64,000 nucleotides of DNA from NCBI RefSeq assembly GCF_036365525.1, contig NC_090385.1:63248170-63312169 (forward strand). The letters run 5' to 3'. Of this stretch, positions 38,734 to 52,820 are shown piece after piece; position 1 is the stretch's first letter; each line of letters opens with the position of its first letter. The notes under the pieces are model-generated. The model had not been told where the DNA came from. It saw only the letters and a list, made by a program, of their open reading frames with translations, and made no database searches. The translations under genes and the position numbers were made by a program. The stretch is from Heterodontus francisci (taxonomy: Eukaryota).

Positions 38734-39242
38734 ATGCAAAACATGGTCGAAGTTTGAAATTCTCTTCTGAAAACTGCAGTTGATGCTGGTTTCAATTGTT
38801 AATTTTAATTTTGAGATTGATAGATTTCTCTTAGCCAGGGTTATTAAGTGGTATGAGGCAAAGGCAAGCGTATGGAGTTAAATCACAGACCAATCATGAT
38901 CTCATTGAATGGTGGAACACACTCAAGGGGCTTTATAGCCTACTCCTGTTCCTATGTTCCTGAAATGACAAGTTTCCCATCTTGGGTCAGTCAGTTGGGT
39001 GCAAAGACAAGGTGCATCTTCAGATGAAGAGATAGGAAATAGAGCAAGACCTCCAATGTAGTTCTTTCATACCTTTAAGGAACCAGTTCAACAGCAGCGT
39101 GCTGAGAGACTTAGGGGGGAAAGTCACCTACATCACCATATTAGTTGCAAAATGATAAAAGGGGAGAAACCAGAAGAGAACAAATTATTAACACTGCAGC
39201 TTCATTTTTCTCCATTTTATTGTCTTCTTAGACCAACACTGT

Positions 39243-39592
39243 GGCCGGCACAGTGGCGCAGTGGTTAGCACCGCAGCCTCACAGCTCCAGCAACCCGGGT
39301 TCAATTCTGGGTACTGCCTGTGTGGAGTTTGCAAGTTCTCCCTGTGTCTGCGTGGGTTTCCTCCGGGTGCTCCGGTTTCCTCCCACATGCCAAAGACTTG
39401 CAGGGTGATAGGTAAATTGGCCATTAGCAATTGCCCCTAGTAGAGGGAGGTGGGAGGGGAAATATAGGGACAGGTGGGGATGTGGTAGGAATATGGAATT
39501 AGTGTAGGATTAGTACAAAATGTGTGGTTGATGGTTGGCACAGACTTGGTGGGCCGAAGGGCCTGTTTCAGTACTGTATCTCTAAACTCTAA
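39243..39592 (+). mobile_element. V-SINE (HE1-like)
   Basis: Highly similar to 26220-26584. Confidence 0.92.
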
Positions 39593-40679
39593 ACTGTTGC
39601 CTACCTGTATCATATGGTTTTTGTTTTTAACAGCACGTCACAGCTTTTTTTTGAAGATCTGAATCTTCACAGTATTTTTCCCCTCCCTATTCTTAGGTCT
39701 GCCAGCACAATCTGTAATGAAAAGAGCAGGCAAGTTGGTGGCCTCCTACCACCTTCCCTGAAACCAGCTACTAGATCTGCACGGTCTGGCTAGCATGATG
39801 ACAGACCCTCTGATTCTTCTTTGTGACTTTTGTCCGGATCACCCAAATTGCAATGTCTGAGATTGCTAACTTCCTATATGCATGACGTTAGACATGAGCC
39901 TGCCATTTGCCTGATCCAGTGTTACCCTAGAATAGCCTGTGTTGTTCTTTACCATCCTCTGCTATTATTTGGATGTGCTTCAAAAGTTAGTGTCATGGTT
40001 GAGATATGTAATGATTAAAACCAGCTTGGATATCTAAAGCTATTTTGAGAAGCTCTGCAATGTTTGTTTCTGGACATTTGAAGCTAGGCTAAAAGTTGCA
40101 ATATTCCAACCTAAGCTGAACTTTTTAAAAACTGAGAAGAATAATATGTACTGTTTCTGTCCTTTATGGAATTTCATCTAATTGTAGTGCGGCATTAACA
40201 TTTATTGATTCTTTATTATTTTTATGGCTACATTAAAAATATGCACAGGGCCCGATTTAACTCACTCAAAACTCTTTCACTTAGGTAAAAATCAGGCCCA
40301 AAGTTAGCAGTTCCAAAATTGTTCCGATCTTCCAAGTGATTCTCTCTCTGTGTTCTTTCATATTGTGTATAGAGTCATTCAAAGAACATTCTGAAAATAC
40401 AAGTCTCAAATCACATGGCAGCTTATCATATTACTGACCGGTTATCCGGTGAATGATGAGACCGAGATTCATGCTTACAGTCCTCTGTATCATTTGTCTG
40501 TACCCTTAGTCTGAGCTTTTAAGAGGCAATGAGTCCCTCTGGTTGGTTCCTGTGGAGAGGTTGGTTTCGCTGCTATTCATACAATAACCAATAACTGCAC
40601 ATGTCTATGTCTGAGGAATGTGACTGCTACAGACTGCAATGGTTCCATACAAAAAATTAGACTAATTAAATTTGTATAT

Positions 40680-41509
40680 TGTGATGGAGTCCGCTATGTG
40701 AGACCAGTGGAAGAGCGTGTGCCTACTGTTTTTGAACTGGTGACTTGTTGCATTCCATTAAGTGCACTAACTGTGGATTCAAAGTTTTTTTTTTGACAGA
40801 CCCTAACTTGAAAGTGAAACTAAAAACTTCAAGTTTCATGGGAAATTGAAACAGGTGGGAATCAGATAAGACAGAGTCATTTGATCAAAGGCATGCAACT
40901 CGAGCTATCCAAGCTCAGATTTGAAGACTGCCGAGTTCAAGCAGGCTACAGGCTAGTTGGCAGGGTAGCAGCAGAGAGAGAAACCTGATTCTGGGAGCTG
41001 GCCATTGGCAAATAAGAGTTGCAGCAGCTGTTTTTGGTGCCTTAAAGAGTTATTGGTGGAACTATGCCATCAAGACAGTTATGAGCAGGGCTGAGGGCAT
41101 TCAAGAGGCAACAAGACCGAAACATTGAAGAGAAGACTGCAGCGCTCACTATCGACAAGAAGACATTATATCAGTATCTGCATCTTAGAGGACAGGAGTT
41201 GGAAATCTACCTGAAGATCATAGTTCATAGTTTTGAGGAACTTTGTGGATATTCGGTGCCATCTTTGCCAAGAGGACCACCAGTAAATCCATGAGATCTG
41301 TCTTTGTTGCATCTGATAATTAACGTGTAACCTGTAAACTATATATAGACTGGGATTTATGTTATTTCATGTTCAGTTTATGTTTATTTTTGGTTTGATT
41401 GTTGGGAGTAAAAGGTATAAAAAGTGAAATCTTGTCCCTTTTTTTATTATTAGGGCTGGTTGGTAAATTCGGTTCTTTTTGTTTGTTGATCTCCACCAGG
41501 ATTGTAACA
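40680..41509 (+). mobile_element. Probable older solo LTR
   Basis: TGTGA...GTAACA termini, imperfect TSD ATAT/AAAT, T-rich 3' part similar in layout to the 37839 LTR. Confidence 0.5.
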
Positions 41510-41699
41510 AAATTCAATCAGGATATATTTCCCCACTCTTCGATCTTGGATGCCATCAGACTATAATGCAGCAAAAATAAATTGCTGATTACCTAGAGAG
41601 CATTTCCCCTTGTAATACTGGGGCTGTTCACTGAAAGAGAAAAGATAATGGGATTATTTGATAGAGGTGTTTAAAATTATGGAGAGGTGGGACCAGGAG

Positions 41700-42060
41700 G
41701 AGTGACCAATACTGGTTAGAAGAAGTGGGTTTTTAAGAAGTGTTTTAAAAGAAGAGGGAGGTGGAGAGATTTGGGGAGGGAATTCCAGAGCATGGAACCG
41801 AGGCACCTAAAGGCACAGCTGCCAATGGTAGGTGAAGGAGTGTGGTAGAAAAGCACAGAAAGTATGCTAGAGAAGACGACAAAGTTGAGGAGTGAGATCA
41901 TAGAGGGATTTAAAATGCAAGGCGAAAAATTTTAAATCTGAGGTAGCAGAGTTCTGGGTCCCAAATAAGTTACCATGGACAGGGATCATGGGCGAATGTG
42001 ACTTGGTAAAGGGCAGGATACTGACAGCAGAGTTTTGGATGAACCAAAGTTTATGGAGAA
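41700..42060 (-). mobile_element. Old L2-like 3' fragments (also ~3355-3745 and ~63300-63700)
   Basis: IQNSA, G.CAF....LWNSLP, FLKTH remnants. Confidence 0.6.
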
Positions 42061-42827
42061 TGAGAGCAAGATAAATGCAAATTGTTGTTAAAATCCATGT
42101 CAAATAGCCTGTTGACAGTCACCTTCCAGACTTACAAAAAGCAGCCATGTGAGAGGGTTTGGAGAACTATTTGCACCCTTGGAACCACAGCCATGTTACC
42201 ACCAGGAGAGGAAGGGAGAAAGTTGAGGAAATATTTCTAGATTGTAGGTTGAAACATGTATACACAACTTGGCTTGATAATTATGGAACACAAAATGGTA
42301 GTTTAATTTTCGCTTTATTATTATAAATTAAGAACCTCTGATTCATTCATTTGGAATAACATGAAAGGTTGTAAATATCAGTTTCATAACTACTGAAATA
42401 TTTTTATCTGATATGTCTAAGGAGTTGTTTATGGGAATCCATATCGATCGGGAAACAGGAACAAGACACTGATAATGGACCCATACCTTTTTGAAAATAC
42501 AAGATTCTCCCAAACCCAGATCGAAATTGTGAGATGAAATCTTTCTTTTTAAAAAGTACATACTGTTCTTGAGCATATTTACGTTCAAAGACTGGATAAA
42601 AATCATGATGAGCCAATCTCAATTTGCACGTGCGAAACAACTTTAGTTCAATCTGTATTTTTAAAATTCCTCAAATTAAATACAATACAAATAAGATATT
42701 TTAGGAATTAACAGGGAGCAGGCAGGGGTCAGGATTAATGTTCAATGGTTAATACCTGTCAGATAGAAATAAAGCAAGGTCTGTTCGTTAATTCCAGTAC
42801 CAGAGTTTTATCAGTGAATTGTTTTAA

Positions 42828-43904
42828 CTGAGCGATTCCTGACAACGCAGAGCATGCATAGAGTGATCGTGGATGTCATCAGTCCGTGCGAACATTTGCC
42901 AGCTTGCCAGTATGAATGTGCGTATGCATGCGCTGACGTCACCACTCAATGACGTTCTTACCCCTCAAAAGTCGCGATCATTGCCTCCATTCCCCCCAAC
43001 AATACCCCGTTCCCTCCCTCCATCCTCGCTTCAATTGCTGCTTTCAATTTCCTGCTCCCGACGACTTGCCGCTCCATCCCGTCTCGCAGCTTCTCCCCCC
43101 CCCCCCGGGCCGCTCACTCCCCATCACACTGCTGTCTTCCCTCAGTCAATCCATCCCTCTCTCATCGCTCCCCCCTCAGCCACTTGCTCCCGCCCTTGCC
43201 GCTTCTCCCCTCAGCCGCTCACTTCTCGCCTTGCCCCCCTCCCCTCCCCACCCCCCCGGGCCACTCACTTTCTGTCTTGCCGCTTCTCCCCCAGCCGCTC
43301 GTACCTGCCCTCGCCACTTCCCCCCCGTTGATCGATCACTCCCCACTGCACCGCCCAGAAAAGCTGGGGGGGTGGTGAGGGGAGCAGGGCACAAGCCGCT
43401 GAAGTGGCAAGGCGGGGAGCAAGCAACTGAGGGGTATCGGGGCGACGCAGGAGCGAGTAGCCAGGGGGGGAGTGGGGGGGGGCGGGGTGGTGCTGGGAAG
43501 TGGCAAGGCCTGGAGCAAGCGGCCGGGGGTGTGGGGGGGATGCAGGGAGTGAGTGGCAAGGCAGTGAGCGAGGGCCAGGTTTTGGTGGGGGGGGGGGGGG
43601 TGGAAGAGGAAGCGGTGAGAGCAGGAGCGAGTGGCTGAGTAGACAAGAATGGGAGGGAGCCGTGAAGAGAAGCGCGATGGCAGGAGTGGGCGGGATACTG
43701 ATGAGGGTGGAATGGAGGTGGCGATCACAGCCATTGAAGGGGTTTGGGTTTAATTTGTTGTTTGTGACAAATTGAGCAGCACCATCTTTATTACTGGCAG
43801 CTGCCTGAGACATCACAGACAGTGACGTTTCAGTGGATGAGGCTGCATTTGCACATGTGCCAGTACTGTGCCACCTAATGGTTGTGTTGTCAGCAAATGC
43901 AGCC
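42828..43904. mobile_element. Non-autonomous foldback DNA transposon (Mutator-like), copy 2
   Basis: 9-bp TSD TTGTTTTAA (42819-42827, 43905-43913); same termini and internal inverted-repeat layout as 11317-12525. Confidence 0.8.
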
Positions 43905-44820
43905 TTGTTTTAATAGGTGGGAAAATTCAGACTGGGGAAGTGACAGTTGCTCAGTTGTAAAGGGTGATATTCCATCATTCCTCCCCCCACCCTGGCCCCA
44001 TTCCAGTAAAGATTTTCTGTTTTCCCTTGGGCAGATTTTACAATTAATCCTTTTGAATGTTGAATGAGTTTTGCTGCTCCCAAAATTCACACACACGTCC
44101 TTAAAACAGTCAAACTTAACTGAAAGGGTCAATCTCAGAAATGTTCAGAACAATGGAGTTCATGCTGTTCCTGGAAAAATAAAACATTCTACAGTACTCA
44201 ACAAAGGTTACAATAAATGTATGTACAGCACGTATATTTGTGCTGAATTTGCAGCTGCTGGAGTTCAAAATGTACAGAATCAACATGCCCAATGGCATTA
44301 ATAAGCTTACCAGACACAAGTCCAATGTGGAGTAAGCCTACCATTTATTATGAGAAAGAAATAAGCCAAATAGACAATAAAGTAAAAAAAATAGCTTAAA
44401 AAAAAGTGATATAAAATTATCTCCCACCTTCCAGAATAAAATAGTGCATACACTAGCAATAAGCAAGCATTGCCTGGCTGGTACAGTGCTTCAGTGAGAT
44501 GCAATGTACGCACAGGAAAGGCCAGTGATTTCTCTTCGAAATAACAAAACTGAAAAGCAAACTATGCATAAAGATTGCACAAAACAGTTATGAGCCATTC
44601 CTTACAACAGGAGCCTTCCTTTCTTACTTGGATCTCAAGTCAGTCCAGAAAGCTGTGCTCAGAGTTCTCTCATGGAATGCCTGCACTTCATTATCTTCCT
44701 GTTGAATCTTTCTCCCCAAATTCATATATTTTTTTTTAACAGTGATCTTTGAGCAGCAAATCGTCGCCCCACCAATTACATCTAATAGTTTTCTTAAGCT
44801 TTAATATTATTAAAAGGGGA

Positions 44821-45021
<201 letters not shown>

Positions 45022-45084
45022 TCACACAAGGTTGACAGTAAGGTAACATTCTGCAGTAATGCGCCAAGCAGTGCAGAGCAGGGG

Positions 45085-47238
45085 AAACATAGAAAATAGG
45101 AGCATGAGTAGGCCATTTGGCCCTTCGAGCCTCCTCTGCCATTCATTATGATCATGGCTGCTGATCATCCAACTCAGTAGCCTGTTCCGGCTTTGAGCCT
45201 TTGATCCCTTTAGACCCAAGAGCTATATCTAACTCCTTTTTGAAAACATACAATGTTTTGGCCTCAACTGCTTTCTGTGGTAGCAAATTCCACAGGCTCA
45301 CCACTCTCTGGGTGAAGAAATTTCTCCTCATCTCAGTGCTGAAAGGTTTACCCTGTATCCTTAGACCCTTGGTTCTGGACTCCCCCACCATCGGGAACAT
45401 CCTTCCTGCATCTACCCTGTCAAGTCCTGTTAGAATTTTATAGGTTTCTAGGAGATCCCCCCCTCACTCTTCTGAACTCCAGCGAATATAATCCTAACCG
45501 ACTCAATCTCTCCTCATTCGTCAGTCCCGCCATCCCAGGAATCAGACTGGTAAACCTTCACTGCACTCCCTCTATAGCAAGAACATCCTTCCTCCGATAA
45601 GGAGACCAAAACTGCACACAATATTCCAGTTGTGGCCTCACCAAGGCCCTGTATAATTGCAGCAAGACATCCCTGCTTCTGTACTCGAATCCGCTCGCTA
45701 TGAAGGCCAACTTACCATTTGCCTTTTTTACTGCCTGTTGCACCTGCATGCTTACCTGCAGCGACTGGTGTACGAGAACACCCAGGTCTCGCTGTAGATT
45801 CCCCTCTCTCAGTTTATAGCTGTTCAGATAATAATCTGCCTTCCTGTTTTTGCTACCAAAGTTGATAACCTCACATTTATCCACATTATACTGCATCTGC
45901 CATGCATTAGCCCACTCACTCAACTTGTCCAAATCACCCTGAAGCCTCTCTGCATCCTCCTCACAACTCACCCTCCCACTCAATTTTGTGTCATCTGCAA
46001 ATTTGGAGATATTACATTTAGTTCCCTCATCTAAATCATTAATCTATATTGTGAATAGCTGGGGTCCTAGCATCGTTCCCTGCGGTACCCCACTAGTCAC
46101 TGCCTGCCATTCGGAAAAGACCCATTTATCCCTACTCTTTGTTTCCTGTCCGCCAACCAATTTTCTATCCATCGCAATACACTCACCCCAATCCCATGCG
46201 CTTTAATTTTACACGCTAATCTCTTATGTGGGACTTTGTCGAAAGCCTTCTGAAAGTCCAAATAAACCACATCCACTGGCTCCCCCTCATCAACTCTACT
46301 AGTTACATCTTCGAAGAATTCGAGTAGATTCTAATTCTAATTTGTCAAGCATGATTTTCCTTTCGTAAATCCATGCTGACTCTGTCCGATTCTACCACTG
46401 TTCTCCAAGTGCTCTGCTATAAAATCTTTGATAACGGACTCTAGAATTTTCCCCAACATCAGGCTGACTGGTCTATAATTCCCTGCTTTCTCTCTACCTC
46501 CCTTTTTAAATAGTGGGGTTACACTAGCTACCCTGTAGGAACTGTTCCAGAGTCTATAGAATCTTGGAAGATGACCACCAATGCATCCACTATTTCTAGG
46601 GCCACTTCCTTAATTACTCTGGGATGCATACCATCAGGCCTTCGGGATTTATCGGCCTTCAATCCCATCAATTTCCCCAACACCATTTCTCTACTAATAT
46701 TGATTTCTTTCAGTTCCTCTCTCTCACTAAGCCCTGTGTTCCCCAACATTTCGGGTATGATATTTGTGTCCTCCTTTGTGAAGATAGAACCAAAGTATGC
46801 ATTTAGTTGGTCAGCCATTTCTTTATTCCCCATAATAAATTCCCCTGTTTCTGACCGTAAGGGACCTACATTTGTCTTCATCAATCTTTTTCTCTTCACA
46901 TTCCTATAGAAACATTTACAGTCAGTTTTTATGTTCCCTGCAAGCTTGCTCTCGTACTCTATTTTCCCCTTCTTAATCAATCCCTTGGTCCTCCTTTGCT
47001 GAATTCTGAACTGCTCCCAATCCTCAGGTCTGTTGTTTTTCCTGGTGAATTTATACGCCTCTTCCCTGGATCTAATGCTATCTCTAATTTCCCTTGTAAG
47101 CCATGGTTTGGCTACCTTTCCCGTTTTACTTTTACGCCAGACAGGGATAAACAATTGTTGCAGTTCATCCATGCGTTCTTTAAATGTTTGCCATTGCCTA
47201 TCCACCATCATCCCTTTAAGTAACATTTCCCAATCCGT
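45085..47238 (-). mobile_element. 5'-truncated CR1
   Basis: ORFs 46528-47226, 45558-45983 and 45152-45400 encode CR1 RT pieces; 3' end matches 32543-33210. Confidence 0.92.
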
Positions 47239-48172
47239 CAGGGAGTGGAGTAATGGCTATATTTGCATGCTAGTCATTATGGGGCTGTTGCATAGTATGG
47301 GTCTGAGAGAGAGACTGTCTACAGCAACCTGTTGATCTGCGCAGGACTGAATGTAGGATGGATGTATTCTCTAAAGTAACATTTCTGAGTGCAGAGCTGT
47401 GGCATGGTGGCGGGGCGGGGGGAGGGGGGGTAGTGGTGGTGGCGGTGATGGGGGAGGGTTGGGTGCAAGGAAATGAGGTAAGCCAACAGTTAGTATTCTT
47501 TTTTATTCATTTATGGGATGCGGGCTTTGCTGGCTTAGTCAGCATTTATTGTCCATCCCTAATTGCCCTCGAGAAGGTGGTGGTGAGCTGCCCTCTTGAA
47601 CTGCTGCAGTCCATGTGGGGTAGGTACACCCACAGCGCTGTTAGGAAGGGAGTTCCAGGATTTTGACCCGGAGACAGTGAAGGAATGGCGATATAGTTCC
47701 AAGTCAGGATGGTGTGTGGCTTGCAGGTGGTGGTGTTCCCATGCATCTGCTGCCCTTGTCCTTCTCGGTGGTAGAGGTTGCAGGTTTCAAAGGTGCTGTC
47801 GAAGGAGTCTTGGTGAGTTGCTGCACACTGCTGCCACTGTACAGTGGTAGTGGAGGGAGTGAATGTTTGTGGATGGGGTGTCAATCAAGCGGGCTGCTTT
47901 GTCCTGGATGGTGTCGAGCTTCTTGAGTGTTGTTGGAGCTGCACCCATCCAGGCAAGTGGAGAGTATTCCATCACACTTCTGGCTCGTGCCTTGTAGATG
48001 GTGGACAGGCTTTGGGGAGTCAGGAGGTGAGTTACTCGCCTCAGGATTCCTAGTCTCTGACCTGCTCTTGTAGCCATGGTATTTATATGGCTACTCCAGT
48101 TCAGTTTCTAGTCAATAGTAACCCCAAAGATGTTTATCGTGAGGGATTCAGCGATCGTAATGCCATTGAATA

Positions 48173-49060
48173 TGAACATACAAATTAGGAGCAGGAGTAG
48201 GCCACTTGGCCTGTCGAGCCTGCTCCGCTATTCAATAAGTTCGTGGCTGAACTGATCACTCCACATTTCCACCTACCCCCAATAACCTTCTACCCCCTTG
48301 CTTATCAAGAATCTATCTACCTCTGCCTTAAAAATATTCAAAGACTCTGCTTCCACCGCCTTTTGAGGAAGAGAATTCCAAAGTCTCGCAACCCTCAGAG
48401 AAAAAAAATTCTCCTCATCTCTGTCTGAAATGGGCAACCCCTTATTTTTAAACAGTGACCTCTAGTTTTAGATTCTCCCACAAGGGAAAACAGCCTTTCC
48501 ACATCCACCCGGTCAAGAACCCTCAGGATTTTATATGCTTCAAACAAGTCGCCTCTTACTCTTCTAAATTCCAGCAGATACAAGCCTAGCCTGTCCAATC
48601 TTTCCTCATAAGTCAGCTCGTCCATATTACTCTAGTAAACCTTCTCTGTACTGCCTCCAAAGTATTTGGATCCTTCCTTAAATAAGGAGGCCAGTACTGT
48701 ACACATTAATCCAGATGTGGAGTCACCAATGCCCTGTATAGCTGAAGCATTACCTCCCTACTTTTGTATTCAAATCCCCTCACGATAAACGATATTATAT
48801 TAGCTTTCCTAATTATGTGCTGTACCTGCATATTAACCCTTTGTGATTTATGCACTAGGACACCCAGATCTCTCTGCATCTCAGAGCTCTCCAATCTCTC
48901 ACCATTTAGAAAATATGCTTTTTTTAATTCTTCCTGTCAAAGTGGACAATTTCACACTTTCCCACATTATACAACATTTGCCAGGTCTTTGCCCGCTCAC
49001 TTAACCTATCTATATCCCTTTGTAGCCCCCTTATGTCCTCTTCACAAGTATTTTCCCACC
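48173..49060 (-). mobile_element. CR1 3' fragment
   Basis: RT C-terminal motifs and 3'UTR. Confidence 0.88.
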
Positions 49061-50406
49061 TATCAAGGGGAGATGGTTAGATTATCTCTTGTTGGAGATG
49101 GTTATTGCTAGGCACTTGTGAGGCATGAATATTATTTGTCAGCCCAAGCTTTGATATTGTCCAGGTCTTGCTGCATTTCTAGATGAACTGCTTCAGTATC
49201 TGAGGAGTCACGAATGGTGCTGAACATTGCCCAATCATCAGCGAACATCCCCATTTCTGACCTTATGACTGAAGGAAGGTCATTGATGAAGCAGTTGTAG
49301 ATGGTTGGGCCTAGGACACTACCCTGAGGAATTCCTGCAGTGATGTCCTGGAGCTGAGATGATTGACCTCCAGCAACCACAACCTTTGTGCTAGGTACGA
49401 CTCCAACCAGTGGAGATTTCCTCCTGATTCCCATTGGCTCCAATTTTGCTAGGGCCCCTTGATGTCATACTCGGCCAAATGCTACCTTGATGTCAAGGTC
49501 AGTCACTCTCATCTCACCTCTTGAGTTCAGCTCTTTTGTCCATGTTTGACCCAAGGCTGTAATGAGGTCAGGAGCTGAGTGGCCCTGGCGGAACCCAAAC
49601 TGAGCACCACTGAGCAGGTTATTGCTATGCAAGTGCCGCTTGATAGCACTGTCGACGACACCTTCCACCACTTAACTGATAATTGAGAGTAGATTGATGG
49701 GGCGGTTATTGGCTGGGTTAAACTTGTACTGCTTTTTGTGTACAGGACATAACTGGGCAATTTTCCACATTGCCAGTGTCATAGTTGTACTGGAACAGCT
49801 TGACTAGGGGTGCGACAAGTTCTGGAGCACAGGTCTTCACTACTATTGCCGGAATGTTGTCAGGGCCCATTGCATTTGCAGTATCCAGTGCTTTCAGTCA
49901 ATTCTTCATATCACACGGAGTTAATCGAATTGGCTGAAGACTGGGATCTGTGATGCTGGGGACTTCAGGAGGAGGTTGAGATGGATCATCAACTCAGCAC
50001 TTCTGGCTGAATATTGTTGCAAATGCTTCAGTCTTATTTTTTGCACTGATGTGCTGGGCTGCCCCATCATTGAGGATGGGGATACTTGTGGAGCCATCTC
50101 CTCCAGTTAGTTGTTTAATTGTCCACCACCATTCACGACTGATGTGGCACAACTGCAGAGATTAGATCTGATCCGTTGGTTATGGGATCGCTTAGCTCTG
50201 TCTATTGCATGCTGCTTACGCTGTTTGGCACACAAGTAGTCCTGGGTTGTAGCATCACCAGGTTGACACCTCATTTTGAGGTATGCCTGGTGCTGCCCCT
50301 GGCATGCCCTCCTGCACTCTTCATTGAACCAGGGTTGGTCTCCCGGCTTGATGGTAATAGTAAAGTGGGGGATATGCTGGGCTATGAGGTTACAGATTGC
50401 GGTTGA

Positions 50407-51323
50407 GTGCAGATGACACTAAAATAGGTGGGATAGTAAGTTGCAATAAAGAAATAAGAAATTTACAAATGGATATGGATAGGTTAGGTGAATGGGCCAA
50501 AATCTGGCAGATGGAGTTTAATGTGGATAAGTGTGAGGCTATCCATTTTGGTCGGAAGAATAGAAAGGCAAATTATCTAAATGGAGAGAAACTTCAGAGT
50601 GCTTCAGTGCTATCTGGGTGTCCTCATGCATGAATCGCAGAAAACTAGTATGCAGGTGCAGCAGGTAATAAGGAAGGCAAATGGAATTTTGGCATTTATT
50701 GCTAAAGGAATAGAGTATAAAAGTAGGAAAGTGTTGCTGCAACTGTCCAAGGCATTAGTGAGACCGCACCTGAAGTATTGCGTACAGTTTTGGTCCCCTT
50801 ACTTGAGGAGGGATGTAGTTGCATTGGAGGCAGTTCAGAGAAGGTTCACTAGATTGATTCCAGAGATGAGGCATTTGTCTTATGAAGAGCGATTGAGAGT
50901 TTTGGCCTTTACTCTCTAGATTTTAGAAGAATGAGATGAGATCTAATTGAGGTATATAAGATGATTAAGGGGATCGACAAAGTAGACGTAGAGAGGATGT
51001 TTCCTCTGGAGGGGCAATCTAGAACGAGAGGTCATAGTTTTAGGATAAGGGGTAGCAGATTTAAAACAGAGATGAGGAGAAATTACTTTTCTCAAAGGAT
51101 CGTGAGTCTGTGGAATTCACTACCCAAGAGTGCAGTGGATGCCGGGACATTCAGTAAATTTGAGGAGATAGACAGATCTTTAATTAGTAATGGGTTGAAG
51201 GGTTATGGAGAATGGGCAGGAGAGTGGAATTGTGGCCAAGATGAAGTCAGCCATGATCGTATTGAATGGTGGAGCAGGCTCGAGGGGCTGAATTGCCTAC
51301 TCCTGCTCTTAGTTCTTATGTTC
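50407..51323 (+). mobile_element. CR1 3' fragment
   Basis: ADDTKIGG...WNSLP plus 3'UTR. Confidence 0.9.
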
Positions 51324-51406
51324 TGCTGCTGCTGATAGTCCACAGCGCCTCATAGATGCCCAGTTTTGCATTGATACATCTGTTCGAAATCTATCCCAGT
51401 TAGCAC

Positions 51407-51730
51407 TAGTTTTGGTTGCAGCAGCTTTGACAGAAGCGGAGGTGCGGAGCGAACTTGCAGCTGGGAGGTCAGTTACAGTGTAAGTTAAAAGTTAATTCCC
51501 TTTTGTTTTCGGAGGACCAGGGGACTGCTGGGTAAGTAAAAACTATACATCTGGGCGGTTTAAAATCACTTTCTTTTAGTTTTGGTTGCAGCAGCTTTGA
51601 CAGAAGCGAAGGTGCGGAGCGAACTTGCAGCTGGGAGGTCAGTTTCAGTGTAAGTTAAAAGTTAATTCCCTTTTGTTCTCAGAGGACCAGGGGACTGCTG
51701 GGTAAGTAAAAACTATATATTTGGGCGGTG
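51407..51730 (+). repeat. Tandem duplication (period 170 bp) in CR1 5'UTR
   Basis: Units start at 51407 and 51577, near-identical over ~150 bp. Confidence 0.9.
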
Positions 51731-51903
51731 GCTGTACCCGAGACACCCACTCTCCTCCTCTTACCAAAAAAAAAAGGACTCTGGTGTGTTGATAAGGTAA
51801 GCTTTTTATTTAAAAAGTTCTGTCCGTCGGATTGCTAAGCTAACTAGTTTTGACTTTTTTTTTGATTTTTCGGTAGATTTGTTGGGAATTTAGAATAGTG
51901 GGA

Positions 51904-52820
51904 ATGGAGGTTAAGGCAGTTGTATGTTCCTCCTGCAGAATGTGGGAGGTAAGGGTCGCCAAGAGTGTCCCTGCTGACTGCATCTGCGGGAAGTGCACCC
52001 AACCCCAGCTCCTCGAGAACCACGTTAGGGAACTGGAGCTGGAGCTGGATAAACTTCGGATCATGCGGGAGGCGGAGAGGGTTATTGAGAGGAGTTATGG
52101 GGAGGTAGTCACACCTCAGGTAAAAGAAGTAGGTAGATGGGTTACCGTCAGGGGAAGGAGAGGGAACCAGCAGGCAGTGCAGGGATCCCCTGTGGCCGTT
52201 TCCCTCAACAACAGGTATACCGTTTTGGATACTGTTGCGGGGGACGACTTACCAGGGGTAAGCAATGGGGTACAGGTCTCTGGCACAGAGTCTGTCCCTG
52301 TTGCTCAGAAGGGAAGGGGGAAGAGGAGCAGAGCATTAGTCATTGGGGACTCCATAGTTAGGGGAACAGATAGGAGGTTCTGTGGGAACGAGAGAGACTC
52401 ACGGTTGGTGTGTTGCCTCCCAGGTGCCAGGGTTTGTGATGTCTCGGATAGTGTTTTTCGGATCCTTAAGGGGGAGGGGGAGCAGCCCCAAGTCGTGGTC
52501 CACATAGGCACCAACGACATAGGTAGGAAGAGAGATGGGGATTTAAGGCAGAAATTCAGGGAGCTAGGGTGGACGCTTAGAGCGAGAACAAACAGAGTTG
52601 TTATCTCTGGGTTGTTGCCCGTGCCACGTGATAGCGAAGCAAGGAATAGGGAGAGAGAGGAGTTGAACACGTGGCTGCAGGGATGGTGTAGGAGGGAGGG
52701 TTTTGGTTTCCTGGATAATTGGGGCTCTTTCTGGGGTAGGTGGGTCTTCACCCGAACCAGAGGGGTACCAATATCCTGGGAGGGAGATTTGCTAGTGCTC
52801 TTCGGGGGGGTTTAAACTAA
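51904..52820 (+). pseudogene. CR1 ORF1 (zinc finger, coiled coil, SGNH esterase), frameshifted near the C-terminus
   Basis: CxxC..CxxC, ELELEL coiled coil, GDS and GTND motifs; the C-terminus GLHPNQRGTNIL...GGLN* is in another frame after a small deletion at ~52742. Confidence 0.88.

Larger units (their letters stand above)
33630..38962 (+). mobile_element. Degraded CR1 ORF2 hosting CR1, RTE, SINE and LTR insertions
   Basis: SNSDHN, GIPQGSILGP, LRKDILALE remnants in order; 3'UTR ends ~38960. Confidence 0.85.

Noticed and set aside
31216-44820. ERCC6L or another gene between PIN4 and TMEM47-like
   Set aside because: No long ORF or helicase motifs; the region is largely explained by TEs and UTR.
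51407-51730. CRISPR-like or satellite array
   Set aside because: Only two 170-bp units, no spacers, part of a LINE 5'UTR in a vertebrate genome.
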